From: an uncultured bacterium
Lineage (GTDB): Bacteria > Patescibacteriota > Minisyncoccia > UBA6257 > 2-01-FULL-56-20
NCBI GenBank assembly: GCA_963844965.1
Contig: CAWJQC010000004.1
Location: forward strand, 64,001-128,000
DNA: 64,000 nt
Direction of reading: 5' to 3'
Under the pieces are notes generated by a model. The model saw nothing but the letters and a program-made list of their open reading frames with translations. It searched no databases and was not told where the DNA came from. Position 1 is the stretch's first letter. Every line of letters starts with the position of its first letter. Of this stretch, positions 1 through 9,620 are shown one piece after another. The translations under genes and the position numbers were made by a program.

Positions 1-1172
1 ATATTCAGGACCTGGACGCCGGTAAAGCGCTGGATGACGAGCGGCAAAACCGCGATCAAACCCAGAAACGCTGCGCCGAAAAACGTGATGCGGTTAACGA
101 TACCGGAAAAGAATTGGGTGGTCGCCTCGCCGGGCCGGATACCCGGAACGAATCCGCCACCCTTCTGGAGATTTTTGGCGACCTCTTCCGGATTGAACGT
201 AATGGCGGTGTAGAAATATGTGAAAATGAAAACCAGGGCGAAGTAGAAAATTCCGTAAAAAATCTGATTGTTCAAAAACGCCGTCACGAAGCCGTTTATT
301 TTAAGCGCGAGACTCGGAGAAAAAATGGTCGCGGCCTGAGCGATGAACTGCGGGAACAGAAGGACCGAGATCGCGAATATCAAGGGAATCATTCCGGCCT
401 GGTTCACCTTGAGCGGTAGATAGCTTTGCGCGCCGCCATACATTTTCATGCCGCGAACCCGCCGCGCGTAGGCGACGGGAATTTTCCGTTCTCCCTCGTT
501 CAGATAAACCACGCCGGCGATAAGCAAGACGGCCACTACAACGAAACCGATATACGTCGGCAAAAGCGCCGGCTGATACGAAAGAAGCGCGAGTCCGAAA
601 GACGAAGGCAGACGGCTCACGATACCCGCTAAAATTATGAGCGATATGCCGTTCCCCACCTTCTCTTCGCTTATAAGTTCTCCGAGCCACAAGGCGAGCA
701 TGGAACCCGTAACGATTACCACGACGTTCCTTATCATACTGAAAGGATCCGGCCTGTCTATGACGTTCTGGGATATGAGGAGCGTCAAAAATCCGTAAGC
801 CGAAACGACGGCCAGCGGCACGGTTATGAAACGCGAGTAGCGGTTGAACTTCGCCTGGCCGCGGGCTCCTTCCTCGTAATACATCTGCTTAAACTTCGGG
901 AAAATAATCGTGAGAAGCTGCATGATGATCGTAGCCGTGATATATGGTCCAACGCCAAGCATGACAACGGACATGTTCACAAGTCCGCCGCCCGAGAAGA
1001 AATTCAAAAATCCTAAGAGCTGATTGGAGTTGAAATAATTCTGAAGTCTAAGCGCGTCCACCCCCGGAATAGGTATCGCGGCCAGGAGCCGGTAAGCGAT
1101 CAAAAACAGTGCGACCTTCAAAATTTTGTTGCGAAGGTCCTTGATTTTAAAAATTTGGAGGAATCTGTTCAT
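1..1172 (-). CDS. secY: Preprotein translocase SecY (5' portion; gene continues past the window start)
   Basis: Minus-strand translation from the ATG (rc of CAT 1170-1172) reads MNRFLQIFKIKDLRNKILKVALFLIAYRLLAAIPIPGVD...GPYITATIIMQLLT...: the typical SecY N-terminus and TM helices. It runs off the window edge, so it is absent from the ORF track. It sits downstream of rplO as in the canonical spc operon. Confidence 0.85.
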   Translation of the reverse strand, partial: MNRFLQIFKIKDLRNKILKVALFLIAYRLLAAIPIPGVDALRLQNYFNSNQLLGFLNFFSGGGLVNMSVVMLGVGPYITATIIMQLLTIIFPKFKQMYYEEGARGQAKFNRYSRFITVPLAVVSAYGFLTLLISQNVIDRPDPFSMIRNVVVIVTGSMLALWLGELISEEKVGNGISLIILAGIVSRLPSSFGLALLSYQPALLPTYIGFVVVAVLLIAGVVYLNEGERKIPVAYARRVRGMKMYGGAQSYLPLKVNQAGMIPLIFAISVLLFPQFIAQAATIFSPSLALKINGFVTAFLNNQIFYGIFYFALVFIFTYFYTAITFNPEEVAKNLQKGGGFVPGIRPGEATTQFFSGIVNRITFFGAAFLGLIAVLPLVIQRFTGVQVLN

Positions 1173-1264
1173 CTCAATAGTAAACCGCAGAATGCGACGT
1201 ATTTAATGGTTGCTTGATCGCGGTTGTGTCAAATCCGATCATTTTACATGTCGCGTTGTCCATT

Positions 1265-1705
1265 CTACTTTATTGTGCCGCCGGCTTTTTCAATCTTCTC
1301 CTTGGCGCTTTTTGATACCCCGATGCCTTCCACCGCAACCGGCACGGTAATTTCCCCGTCACCTAAGATTTTAACATCTCCCGGGTAATTCGCCTTCAAA
1401 AGTCCGCTTTGCGCCAAAAAATCCTTGTCCAGCAAAATTTGCTTCCCGCCGCTTCCGGCGACCTTCAGAACAAGCGACAAATCGTCAAGATTGAATATCG
1501 TAGGCTTGGAACTCTTCGGTTTGTTCCTAAAACCCCGGCGTTTGGGAATGCGCAAAATCAAGTCGCGCTCCGCTGGGCGAATCCTGTGGCCAGCCCTGGA
1601 TTTTTGACCCTTCTGTCCGCGTCCGGAAGTCGTGCCGCGCTTGCCGCCGCGGCCAATGCGCTGCGCCTTCTTGTGGCTTTTAACTTGTAGTTGATGCAGT
1701 TGCAT
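1265..1705 (-). CDS. rplO: 50S ribosomal protein L15
   Basis: 146 aa, Gly/Arg/Lys-rich N-terminus (GRGGKRGTTSGRGQKGQKSRAG), L15 family; position directly after rpsE. Confidence 0.85.
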   Translation of the reverse strand: MQLHQLQVKSHKKAQRIGRGGKRGTTSGRGQKGQKSRAGHRIRPAERDLILRIPKRRGFRNKPKSSKPTIFNLDDLSLVLKVAGSGGKQILLDKDFLAQSGLLKANYPGDVKILGDGEITVPVAVEGIGVSKSAKEKIEKAGGTIK

Positions 1706-2170
1706 TTAGGCTTTAAGTTTCTTCAACGCTTCTATGGTCGCCAGGGCATTAGTCAGTTTATTTGGCGTTCTGCCGAGACATTTTGCCGTCGCGTCCTTTA
1801 CGCCGGCCAAAGACAGCACAAATCTTACCGCCCCGCCCGCCCTAAGACCGTGCCCGGCCACGGCCGGTTTGAGCAATACCTCAGCCGCGCTGAACTTCGC
1901 CGTTACTTCGTGGGCTATCGTGCGGCCGTCCTTCAGATTCACTTTCAAAATATTTTTCTTCGCCGCCGACTTTGATTTGGCGATTGCCTGCTGGACATCC
2001 GCGCCCTTGGCAACCCCTATCCCGACTCTGCCCTTCTCGTCACCAATGACCAAAGTCGCCCGGAAACGGAATCTTTTGCCTCCGGCGACAACGCGCGTCA
2101 CGCGGCGAAGGTCCAGAACCTTCTCCTTGAATTCCTCCCTTTTTGCGATTGTTTCTCTACGCTTGAACAT
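1706..2170 (-). CDS. rpsE: 30S ribosomal protein S5
   Basis: 154 aa; S5 motifs VTRVVAGGKRFRFRATLVIGDEKGRVGIGVAKG. It is followed directly by rplO with no rpmD (L30) between them. Confidence 0.9.
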   Translation of the reverse strand: MFKRRETIAKREEFKEKVLDLRRVTRVVAGGKRFRFRATLVIGDEKGRVGIGVAKGADVQQAIAKSKSAAKKNILKVNLKDGRTIAHEVTAKFSAAEVLLKPAVAGHGLRAGGAVRFVLSLAGVKDATAKCLGRTPNKLTNALATIEALKKLKA

Positions 2171-2315
2171 GTTGGCGTTAAATTTCTAATATCTAATTTC
2201 TAATTTCTAAACAATATTTGAAATTCCAATGACAAAAACTTAAAATGGTCTGTTTTCAATTTGGGACTTAGAAATTGGGGTTTGTTTAGGATTTAGAAAT
2301 TAGGAATTAGGGCTT

Positions 2316-2678
2316 TTATATCCTAAGTCCGCCCTTTCTGGCTCCTTCGGCCAGCGCTTTGACGCGACCATGGTACTTATACGCGCGGCGGTCCAACACC
2401 GCCTCCTTGACGCCCAACTCCACCGCTCTTTTCGCGATGAGTTCGCCGACCATCAGAGCTTCTTCGCTTTTGGATTTCTTCGCAGCCTTAATTTCGCGCG
2501 ACGACGCCTGGGCAAGAGTGTGCGATTTGCCATCATCGATCAGCTGAGCGTAAATGGAACGACTGCTCCGCGAAACCGCAAGACGCGGCTTCGTGGCCGT
2601 GCCAAAAATCCTGGCTCTGTTACGCGCCGTCCGCCGCACCCTTTTTTCGTTTAACAGTTTTTTCGGATTCATATCCAA
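2316..2678 (-). CDS. rplR: 50S ribosomal protein L18
   Basis: 120 aa; [29 protein letters not shown], typical L18. Confidence 0.9.
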   Translation of the reverse strand: MDMNPKKLLNEKRVRRTARNRARIFGTATKPRLAVSRSSRSIYAQLIDDGKSHTLAQASSREIKAAKKSKSEEALMVGELIAKRAVELGVKEAVLDRRAYKYHGRVKALAEGARKGGLRI

Positions 2679-2682
2679 AGCA

Positions 2683-3246
2683 TTATGCCGGGGCCGTTGT
2701 CGCCGCTCCGGCTTTTTTGCCGACTTTTCGCTTTATTACCTCGCCGCGATAGTGTATCCCCTTTCCCTTATATGGTTCGGGCTTCTTCAGCGCCCTGATA
2801 TTCGCGGCCACCTTGCCGACCAGATCTTTATCAATGCCGGAAATCTTTATCGCGTTCTTCTCTACCACTACGGCAATGCCTTCCGGAATTTTCAGGCGAA
2901 CCGGTTGCGCGTACCCCAAGAAAAGAACAAGCTCGTTCTTTTCGGTTTGAGCGCGATAGCCAACGCCCTCAATTTCCAGATTCTTCTCAAAGCCATTTGT
3001 GACTCCCTCAACGGAATTTTTAACCAGAGACCAAGCCGTGCCAGCAAGCGCCCGAGCGCGTCCCTCGTTGTCAGTTCCTTCGATCCGGATATCCTCACCC
3101 TCTACCTTAACACGAATTCCCGGATTGACGGCAATCTTTATTTCCCCGCGAGGTCCCTTAAAGATCAAAAAGGAACCCTCGTTTTTCACGGTAACGCCCG
3201 GCGGTAATTTGACTGGTTTTTTGATTAAACGGCTCATTGATAACAA
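2683..3246 (-). CDS. rplF: 50S ribosomal protein L6
   Basis: 187 aa; two-domain L6 pattern ([12 protein letters not shown] ... [14 protein letters not shown]). Confidence 0.9.
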   Translation of the reverse strand: MLSMSRLIKKPVKLPPGVTVKNEGSFLIFKGPRGEIKIAVNPGIRVKVEGEDIRIEGTDNEGRARALAGTAWSLVKNSVEGVTNGFEKNLEIEGVGYRAQTEKNELVLFLGYAQPVRLKIPEGIAVVVEKNAIKISGIDKDLVGKVAANIRALKKPEPYKGKGIHYRGEVIKRKVGKKAGAATTAPA

Positions 3247-3344
3247 ATGGAAAATGTAAATATCAAAATGTAAAATGACAACCCAAAATGCAAAAATTTT
3301 TAATTCTGAATTGTAATTTTGATTTTTGCATTTTAAATTTTACG

Positions 3345-3725
3345 TTACCATATTTGAAATAAATATTCCCCGCCGACTTTGTTTTTCCTGGCGGTTTTGT
3401 TACTCATTATGCCTTTAGGCGTGGAAATAATACCGACGCCGTAGCCGTGTTTTACCGGCTTCAGGCTTCTGTAATCCGCATAGATGCGCCGGCTCGGCTT
3501 GCTTAATATTTTGAAATCGTTTATGGCCGGTTTTTTACCGCCACCGGCAAGTTTAATTTCTATCGCGCCGCGCACACCGGCACTTTTCTTTTCAACGGCT
3601 TTCACGTAGCCCTCTTCGGCCAAAACTTTGGCGACGGCAAAATCAAACTTTGAGAGGGGGGTGGTGATTTTTTCTTTCCCCGAACGCTCGGCGTTTTTTA
3701 TTTTTACCAGCAGATCGTAGTACAT
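3345..3725 (-). CDS. rpsH: 30S ribosomal protein S8 (start trimmed to the internal Met MYYDLLVKIKNAERSGKEK)
   Basis: ORF track 3345..3851 overreaches into rpsZ. S8 consensus begins at MYYD.. (CAT at 3723-3725). The C-terminus GYGVGIISTPKGIMSNKTARKNKVGGEYLFQIW is S8-like. Confidence 0.85.
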   Translation of the reverse strand: MYYDLLVKIKNAERSGKEKITTPLSKFDFAVAKVLAEEGYVKAVEKKSAGVRGAIEIKLAGGGKKPAINDFKILSKPSRRIYADYRSLKPVKHGYGVGIISTPKGIMSNKTARKNKVGGEYLFQIW

Positions 3726-3733
3726 AAATTTTA

Positions 3734-3919
3734 TTACCAAGACGCCTTTTTGACCCCGGGTATTTCCTGCTGCGTTGCCATTTCCCTGAAGCAAATCCTG
3801 CAAAGATTGAATTTCCTTATGTAGCCGCGTTTTCTGCCGCAACGAAAACACCGCCGCACAATTCGCGTGGAATATTTTGGCGTTTTTTTGCTTCTTGCGA
3901 TGACAGATTCTTTGGCCAT
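3734..3919 (-). CDS. rpsZ: 30S ribosomal protein S14 type Z (zinc-binding)
   Basis: 61 aa; [20 protein letters not shown] Cys4 motif, canonical S14-Z. Confidence 0.9.
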   Translation of the reverse strand: MAKESVIARSKKTPKYSTRIVRRCFRCGRKRGYIRKFNLCRICFREMATQQEIPGVKKASW

Positions 3920-4000
3920 GATTATAAATAAATTTTCAATTTTTAATTTTCAATTTTAAAATGTTTGGAAATTGTAAAATTGAGAATTATAAAATTGTTT

Positions 4001-4519
4001 TCATTTCTTCTTTAGCGGCAATCCTAACTCCCTAAATTTCTCTATCGCCCATTGCCGATCTTTCTTGCGCGGAACGATGCTCACTCCCAACGAAAAAGAG
4101 AGTGGCGATTCTTCCGGCTTCACTTCAGGAAAAACAAATTGTTCTTTAAAGCCGACGTTCAGAACGCCTCCGCGATCAACCGCGCCAAGATCTACCCCCC
4201 TGAAATCTCGGACCCTTGGCCATACTATCTTAACCAAGCGCTCAAAAAAATCAACCATTTTTCCGCGCCTTAATGTAGCTTTCAAGCCGACGATCTGGCC
4301 TTCGCGCACCTTGAAGCCGGATATCGATTTTTTGGCGCGCCTTACCTGAGGCTTCTGGCCCGCAATGAGCGCGATGTCGCGCGATACCTGCGGCAGCCCC
4401 CTTTCCTCAAAGTTGGGGTTTTGAGCTGCGCGACCCACGCCGGCGTCAATGACGATCTTCTCTAAAAACTGTGTTACACGCCGACTGTTCTCGGATTGTT
4501 TTGGCTGTTCGTATTTCAT
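4001..4519 (-). CDS. rplE: 50S ribosomal protein L5 (start at MKYEQPKQSE)
   Basis: L5 motifs KIVIDAGVGRA ... VGFKEQFVFPE. The ORF-track upstream extension overlaps rplX and is unlikely to be real. Confidence 0.85.
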   Translation of the reverse strand: MKYEQPKQSENSRRVTQFLEKIVIDAGVGRAAQNPNFEERGLPQVSRDIALIAGQKPQVRRAKKSISGFKVREGQIVGLKATLRRGKMVDFFERLVKIVWPRVRDFRGVDLGAVDRGGVLNVGFKEQFVFPEVKPEESPLSFSLGVSIVPRKKDRQWAIEKFRELGLPLKKK

Positions 4520-4520
4520 T

Positions 4521-4826
4521 TTATGTTGTGGCATTACATTTCTTGCAATATCGGACTTTTCGCCCAGATTCAAAACGGTAACCAACGCGCGTCGCTTTCT
4601 TGCAACCTGAACATACCAGCATCACCTTGGATGCCGGCATCGGACGCGGAACCATGACCGTTTCGCCTTTCTGCCCCTGTCTCTTCGGACGCACGCGCTT
4701 CTTATAGAGATTTAGTCCTTCAACGGTAGCGCGTCCATCGTCTGGAAAAACATTCAAAACGGTGCCGCTTTTGCCGCGATCTTTGCCGGATAATATTTTA
4801 ACTTGGTCGCCTTTCTTTATGTGCAT
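4521..4826 (-). CDS. rplX: 50S ribosomal protein L24 (with Cys4 motif)
   Basis: 101 aa; KOW-type N-terminus GDQVKILSGKDRGKSGTV; C-terminus VCSGCKK...RYCKKC. Confidence 0.85.
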   Translation of the reverse strand: MHIKKGDQVKILSGKDRGKSGTVLNVFPDDGRATVEGLNLYKKRVRPKRQGQKGETVMVPRPMPASKVMLVCSGCKKATRVGYRFESGRKVRYCKKCNATT

Positions 4827-4837
4827 GATTGAAGTTC

Positions 4838-5207
4838 TTATACAATTTCTTCGGCCATCGTCATTAATTTTTCAAAACCTTTTTCCTTGAGCTCGCGCGG
4901 TAAAGGACCGAAGATCCTGGTCGCTATCGGTTCCTTCTTGGCGTCAATCAGCACAACCGCGTTCTCGTCAAAACGCACGTAAGAACCATCCAAACGCCTT
5001 ATGGGACTCTTTCGTGCGCACGATGAGCACCCGGACGATGTCCTTTTTCTTCACGGTTTTTCTGGGCTCGGCGACCTGAACGGAGGTCACGATAACGTCA
5101 CCCACACCTCCATATCTCCTGCGCGTTGCTCCCAAAATTCTAAAGCAACGGACGATTTTCGCGCCGGAATTATCAGCAACCTTTAAAATACTCCTTTCTT
5201 GTATCAT
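4838..5207 (-). CDS. rplN: 50S ribosomal protein L14, interrupted by a 1-nt frameshift near 5010-5012
   Basis: N-terminus [28 protein letters not shown] is in the ORF-track frame. The C-terminus [56 protein letters not shown] lies in another frame ending at TAA (4838-4840). The junction is at an A3/T3 run. Confidence 0.8.
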
Positions 5208-5276
5208 TGCTTTGTAAAATGTTTACTGCGACATGTGAAATGTTTTATTTATATGATCTTTCCATGTCGCTTGTCG

Positions 5277-5537
5277 CTATTCTACTTTTGCCACGATTCT
5301 CCATCTTTTCTCTTTTGATGTCGGCCTTGTTTCCTCTATGACAACCTTATCGCCAACGCGATATTCGTTTTTCTCGTCATGCACTTTAAACCGCGCGGTG
5401 ACCCTATAGTACTTTTGGTACTTGGGATGCTTTTTAAACCTTTCTATTTCAATTACCCTCGTCTTCTGCATCTTGTCGCTTACCACCACGCCCTCAAGCT
5501 TCCTATGATTTAATTTTGCGTTGGATTTTTCCGCCAT
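5277..5537 (-). CDS. rpsQ: 30S ribosomal protein S17
   Basis: 86 aa; GVVVSDKMQKTRVIEIERFKKHPKYQKY, S17. Confidence 0.9.
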   Translation of the reverse strand: MAEKSNAKLNHRKLEGVVVSDKMQKTRVIEIERFKKHPKYQKYYRVTARFKVHDEKNEYRVGDKVVIEETRPTSKEKRWRIVAKVE

Positions 5538-5542
5538 GATAA

Positions 5543-5752
5543 TTATTTGTTGCCGTTATTTTCGGCCTCGCGCATGAAGGTAAGCACCCTCGCGATATCT
5601 CTGCGCAGTTTTCTTAATTCTTCCACGTTCTTGACCTTGCCGGCTGCCAAATCAAACTTCAAAACTCTTAGGCGCTCTCTCCACTCCTTGAGGAGTTTCG
5701 CAAGTTCCGGCATCGGCTTGGTTTTTAATTCTTGGATCTCTTTACGTTTCAT
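5543..5752 (-). CDS. rpmC: 50S ribosomal protein L29
   Basis: 69 aa helical; ELKTKPMPELAKLLKEWRERLRVLKF pattern of L29. Confidence 0.85.
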   Translation of the reverse strand: MKRKEIQELKTKPMPELAKLLKEWRERLRVLKFDLAAGKVKNVEELRKLRRDIARVLTFMREAENNGNK

Positions 5753-5756
5753 ATCG

Positions 5757-6168
5757 TTATTTACTAATGACCTTGCTTTTGAACGGCAGTTTATATCCGG
5801 CGAGGCGCAGGGCTTCCTTTGCCATATCCCCGTCCACGCCGTCTATTTCAAATATAACCCGACCGGGCTTCACGGGGAATACGTAGTGGTCAACGCTTCC
5901 TTTCCCGCCGCCCATGGTGGTTTCCGGCGGCCGCATGGTGACCGGCTTATCCGGGAAAACGCGTATCCAGAGCCGGCCGCTGCGCTTCAAGTGATTCGTA
6001 ATGGTTTTCCTCGCAGCTTCAATCTGCTTGGAATTCAACCACGACGGCTCAAGCGCCTTCAGACCGTACTCGCCGTAATTCAACCCCAAACCGCGCGTTT
6101 CCACCGGCGCGCTTGCGCGACCTGCCCTTTTGCCACTTCCTATGTTTTACTTTTTTGGGAATCAACAT
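5757..6168 (-). CDS. rplP: 50S ribosomal protein L16, interrupted by a frameshift near 6100-6125
   Basis: The canonical N-terminus [22 protein letters not shown] is encoded from ATG (rc of 6166-6168) in a different frame from the ORF-track body (V)[18 protein letters not shown]...[22 protein letters not shown]. Confidence 0.8.
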
Positions 6169-6253
6169 GGTTTTATAAATTCGAAACTTAAAAATCAAAA
6201 GGCAAAAGTGGGATTAAAAAGTTTTAAATTTTGACCTTTGATTTTGTTATTTG

Positions 6254-6937
6254 CTACTTTTTGTTTTCTGTTTTGTCTTTTTGGAATATCTCTCCTTTAT
6301 ATATCCAAACCTTGACTCCCACCGTTCCATACGTGGTGTAGGCGACGGCGTGGCCGTAATCTATATTGGCGCGGAGGGTGTGGAGCGGCAAAGAACCGCC
6401 CTGCGCCGCAAGCCACTCGCGCCTCGCAATCTCGTTGCCGTCAAGCCGGCCGGAAAGAAGCACTTTTGCGCCTTTCACTTCCTTGTTTTGTTTGACGCCT
6501 TCAAGATATTTTTTCATCGTCCTGCGGTAAGGCATGCGTTTTTCCAGATCCCAGGCGATCTGCTGCGCAACGTATTGTGCAGAAATTTCGGACCTTTTCA
6601 GTTCCTCAACGTTCACACTCAAGTTCCCGGTCAATTTCTTGACTCCCTTGAGCTTCCTTACTGCCGCCTCAATCGCCTTGTTCAGTTCTTCTATGCCTTT
6701 GCCGCCCCTGCCGATTATGAAACCCGGCCTTGCGGCTTTTATCCAAATCTTGATATTTCCGCCGGTGCGTTCTATCTCCACGGCAGCGATGCCCGCCTGC
6801 CCGATTTTATCCGTAATCACCCTTCTAACTGCTTCATCCTCTTCCAGAAATTTTGCGTAATTCTTGGAAAACCAGCGCACTGGCCAATTCTTGGTAACAC
6901 CAAGCCGATATGATAACGGATTTATTTTTTGTCCCAT
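6254..6937 (-). CDS. rpsC: 30S ribosomal protein S3
   Basis: 227 aa; MGQKINPLSYRLGVTKNW... KH domain GIAAVEIERTGG, S3. Confidence 0.9.
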   Translation of the reverse strand: MGQKINPLSYRLGVTKNWPVRWFSKNYAKFLEEDEAVRRVITDKIGQAGIAAVEIERTGGNIKIWIKAARPGFIIGRGGKGIEELNKAIEAAVRKLKGVKKLTGNLSVNVEELKRSEISAQYVAQQIAWDLEKRMPYRRTMKKYLEGVKQNKEVKGAKVLLSGRLDGNEIARREWLAAQGGSLPLHTLRANIDYGHAVAYTTYGTVGVKVWIYKGEIFQKDKTENKK

Positions 6938-6945
6938 GATTTTAT

Positions 6946-7461
6946 TTATTTGGCGAATCCAGCCTTTCTGCTGAAAATTCTCCTGAAGAAACCGGGTCTT
7001 TTCTTCGGCTCGGCGACTTCTTTTTTGGCCTTTTCAACTCTTTTCTTTTTCGCCGGTTTTTCCTCTCCCGGCGGCAACTTAACTTTTTTAGGAACAACTA
7101 TCTTGAACCGCGGCGAAGCCAGATCCGGTTTCTCCGCTAAAATCATAGTAACGTGGCTCATTTTTCTCTGTATCGGCGTGGCTGTGCCGCGCGCGCGGGG
7201 CAGATATCTTTTGAGCATGGGGCCCTGGTCAACGCGCACACTCTCAACGAGAAATCTTTCTTCGGCTAAGCGCTTATTGTTCTTGATATCGGCGACGGCG
7301 GAACGCAAAAGCTTCAAAAGCGGTACGGCGGCTCGGCGCCTTATGGACATAAGCTGCGCTTCCGCTTCGTGGATAGGCAGTCCTTTAAGCAGATCGGCAA
7401 TGGCGCGCACCTTGCGCGGAGTCATTCTAAGATAATTCAGTTTTACTGTTTGCTTATTCAT
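6946..7461 (-). CDS. rplV: 50S ribosomal protein L22 with Lys-rich C-terminal extension
   Basis: L22 core (RMTPRKVRAIADLLKG...RARGTATPIQRKMSHVTMIL) plus a ~50-aa KKVKLPPGEEKPAKKKRVEKAKK tail. Confidence 0.85.
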   Translation of the reverse strand: MNKQTVKLNYLRMTPRKVRAIADLLKGLPIHEAEAQLMSIRRRAAVPLLKLLRSAVADIKNNKRLAEERFLVESVRVDQGPMLKRYLPRARGTATPIQRKMSHVTMILAEKPDLASPRFKIVVPKKVKLPPGEEKPAKKKRVEKAKKEVAEPKKRPGFFRRIFSRKAGFAK

Positions 7462-7473
7462 GCGTAATTTTTA

Positions 7474-7806
7474 TTATTTCTTGACCTCCTTTGCCGGCGC
7501 GGCAGCCGGTGCTCCAGCGACAGCGGCGCTCGCCTCCAACTCACGCTGCATCTTGCCGCCGTGCCGCGTGAACTTCCTCGTCGGCGCGAATTCTCCCAAG
7601 CGATGGCCGACCATTTCTTCGCTCACTTTAACCTCAATGAAGATCTTGCCGTTGTGAACGCCGAAAGTGAATCCCACCATTTCCGGTGAAATCTCCGAAG
7701 CCCGCGACCATGTCTTAACAACCACCTTGTCGTCGGGCCTGAGTTTGGAAACCTTCTTAAGAAGTTTCGGGTCAACATAAGGACCTTTCTTTAGCGAGCG
7801 GCTCAT
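7474..7806 (-). CDS. rpsS: 30S ribosomal protein S19 with Ala-rich C-terminal tail
   Basis: [19 protein letters not shown]...[19 protein letters not shown]19. Confidence 0.9.
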   Translation of the reverse strand: MSRSLKKGPYVDPKLLKKVSKLRPDDKVVVKTWSRASEISPEMVGFTFGVHNGKIFIEVKVSEEMVGHRLGEFAPTRKFTRHGGKMQRELEASAAVAGAPAAAPAKEVKK

Positions 7807-7882
7807 AATGATAAATTTTCAATTTCCAATTTTCCAATTTCCAAACGTTTGGAAATTCTGAACTTGGAATTATTTTCTCCGT

Positions 7883-8695
7883 TTAATTATAAGTTTTGCT
7901 CGACCATTTTTTCTTATTGCGGGTCTTGTGCCCGCCGGTAACCTTACCCCACAACGTTTTTGGTTTTCTCGTGCCGCGCGGCTGTCTGCCCTCGCCGCCG
8001 CCGTAGGGATGATCAACCGGATTCATGGCTGTGCCGCGGACGGTCGGCCTCACGCCAAGCCAGCGCGAGCGGCCGGCTTTTCCTATTGTAACCAAATTAT
8101 GCTCGGGATTGGAAAGTTGTCCGATGGAAGCGAAGGAGTTCCAGGAAACCCTTCGTATCTCGCCGGAGGACAACTTCAGGTCCGTATAGCCATCGGCGTT
8201 CGCGAGGACCTCCACGTAAGAACCGGCGGAACGGGCCAGCTTCCCGCCCACGCCCGGCTTCAATTCTATATTATGTACTTGGTAGCCAACTGGAATATTC
8301 TTCAATCTTAACCTATTTCCGATTTTAAGAGGCGCGGTATCGGACGTCACGATGGTATCCCCGACCGCGAGCCCCTGAGCCGCGAGAACGTAGCGGCGCT
8401 CGCCATTGGCGTATAAAACCCTGGCGATGAATGTGGTTCTGTAAGGATCATATTCCAAAGTTTCAACCTTGGCCGGCATATCCGGGAATTCGCTCTGCAC
8501 GAAATCTACCATCCTGTACAGCTTTTTGTGACCGCCGCCCTGATGGCGCACCGTGATTCTTCCCTGCGAGTTCCTGCCCGCGTGGTCCTGAAGGCGCCTA
8601 AGCAGCGGCTTATACGGTTCTGTTTTTGTAAGCGCACCATAATCGGGTACCGTCATCTGCCTGCGTCCCGGAGTTGTTGGCTTGTAAGCTTTCAT
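7883..8695 (-). CDS. rplB: 50S ribosomal protein L2
   Basis: 270 aa; GRNSQGRITVRHQGGGHKKLYR ... MNPVDHPYGGGEGR, unmistakable L2. Confidence 0.95.
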   Translation of the reverse strand: MKAYKPTTPGRRQMTVPDYGALTKTEPYKPLLRRLQDHAGRNSQGRITVRHQGGGHKKLYRMVDFVQSEFPDMPAKVETLEYDPYRTTFIARVLYANGERRYVLAAQGLAVGDTIVTSDTAPLKIGNRLRLKNIPVGYQVHNIELKPGVGGKLARSAGSYVEVLANADGYTDLKLSSGEIRRVSWNSFASIGQLSNPEHNLVTIGKAGRSRWLGVRPTVRGTAMNPVDHPYGGGEGRQPRGTRKPKTLWGKVTGGHKTRNKKKWSSKTYN

Positions 8696-8702
8696 CGGAA
8701 AA

Positions 8703-8978
8703 TTATTGTATGTCTATTTTTTGTCCGGCCTTAAGCGTCACAATCGCTTTTTTGTATCCAGATTGTTTGCCGCGCAGGGCGCCGACGCGCTTATGCTTGG
8801 CCGGGCGATTGACGATATTGACTGCGACCGCATCGGCTTTGTAAATTTCTTTCACCGCTTTTTTGATCTCCGGCTTGGTGGCGTCATTCCTCACGAGAAA
8901 AACGTATTTGCCGAACTTGGACAAGTCGGTCGCTCTCTCTGTCACCCACGGTTTTTTTATCAAAAATACGCTGCTCAT
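8703..8978 (-). CDS. rplW: 50S ribosomal protein L23
   Basis: 91 aa; position between rplD and rplB; KYVFLVRNDATKPEIKKAVKEIY. Confidence 0.85.
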   Translation of the reverse strand: MSSVFLIKKPWVTERATDLSKFGKYVFLVRNDATKPEIKKAVKEIYKADAVAVNIVNRPAKHKRVGALRGKQSGYKKAIVTLKAGQKIDIQ

Positions 8979-9619
8979 GATTTGTAACGTTTACCCATAA
9001 TTTCAACGGCTTTTCTGTCCATGAAAATATTCTTATAGTTCAAAATGTCGTAGAGATTCAGCGACTCCGGAGGAACAGTTTTTGTCTTGACCAAATTCCG
9101 CGAGGCGCGCGCCAAATTTTTGTTTTCTTTGTTCGCGACAAGAAGTAGATCAAATTTTTTATCCTTCTTTTTCAAGTTCAAAACCGGCGCGAGCGCCGCG
9201 GCAAGAACCTTGGTTTTCGGCCGCTCCACGTTCAAATCTTCAAAAATCCTCACGTCATTGTCTTTGAGTTTGCGCGAGAGCGCGCTCACGAGAGCCAGAC
9301 GCTTCATTTTCTTGTTTATCTTCTGCGAATAATCGCGCAACTTGGAAGGTCCGTGCGCCTTGCCGCCGCCAACCCACAACGGCGAGCGGATAGAGCCATG
9401 CCTCGCGCGCCCCGTTCCCTTCTGCCGCCACGGCTTTCTGCCGCCGCCTCGGACTTCGGCGCGGGTCTTTGCGTGCGCCCACGGGCGTCTGGCGTTCGCA
9501 AGCTGGGCAACCAAAACCTGTTGCACAAGCTCCGGATTCCACTTCACGCCAAAAATCTTGTCGGGTAGTTCAATCTCGCCGACCACCTCGTTTTTTAAAT
9601 TATAAACCGCGGCTTTCAT
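8975..9619 (-). CDS. rplD: 50S ribosomal protein L4
   Basis: 214 aa; RRPWAHAKTRAEVRGGGRKPWRQKGTGRARHGSIRSPLWVGGG, L4. Confidence 0.9.
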   Translation of the reverse strand: MKAAVYNLKNEVVGEIELPDKIFGVKWNPELVQQVLVAQLANARRPWAHAKTRAEVRGGGRKPWRQKGTGRARHGSIRSPLWVGGGKAHGPSKLRDYSQKINKKMKRLALVSALSRKLKDNDVRIFEDLNVERPKTKVLAAALAPVLNLKKKDKKFDLLLVANKENKNLARASRNLVKTKTVPPESLNLYDILNYKNIFMDRKAVEIMGKRYKS

Positions 9620-9620
9620 T

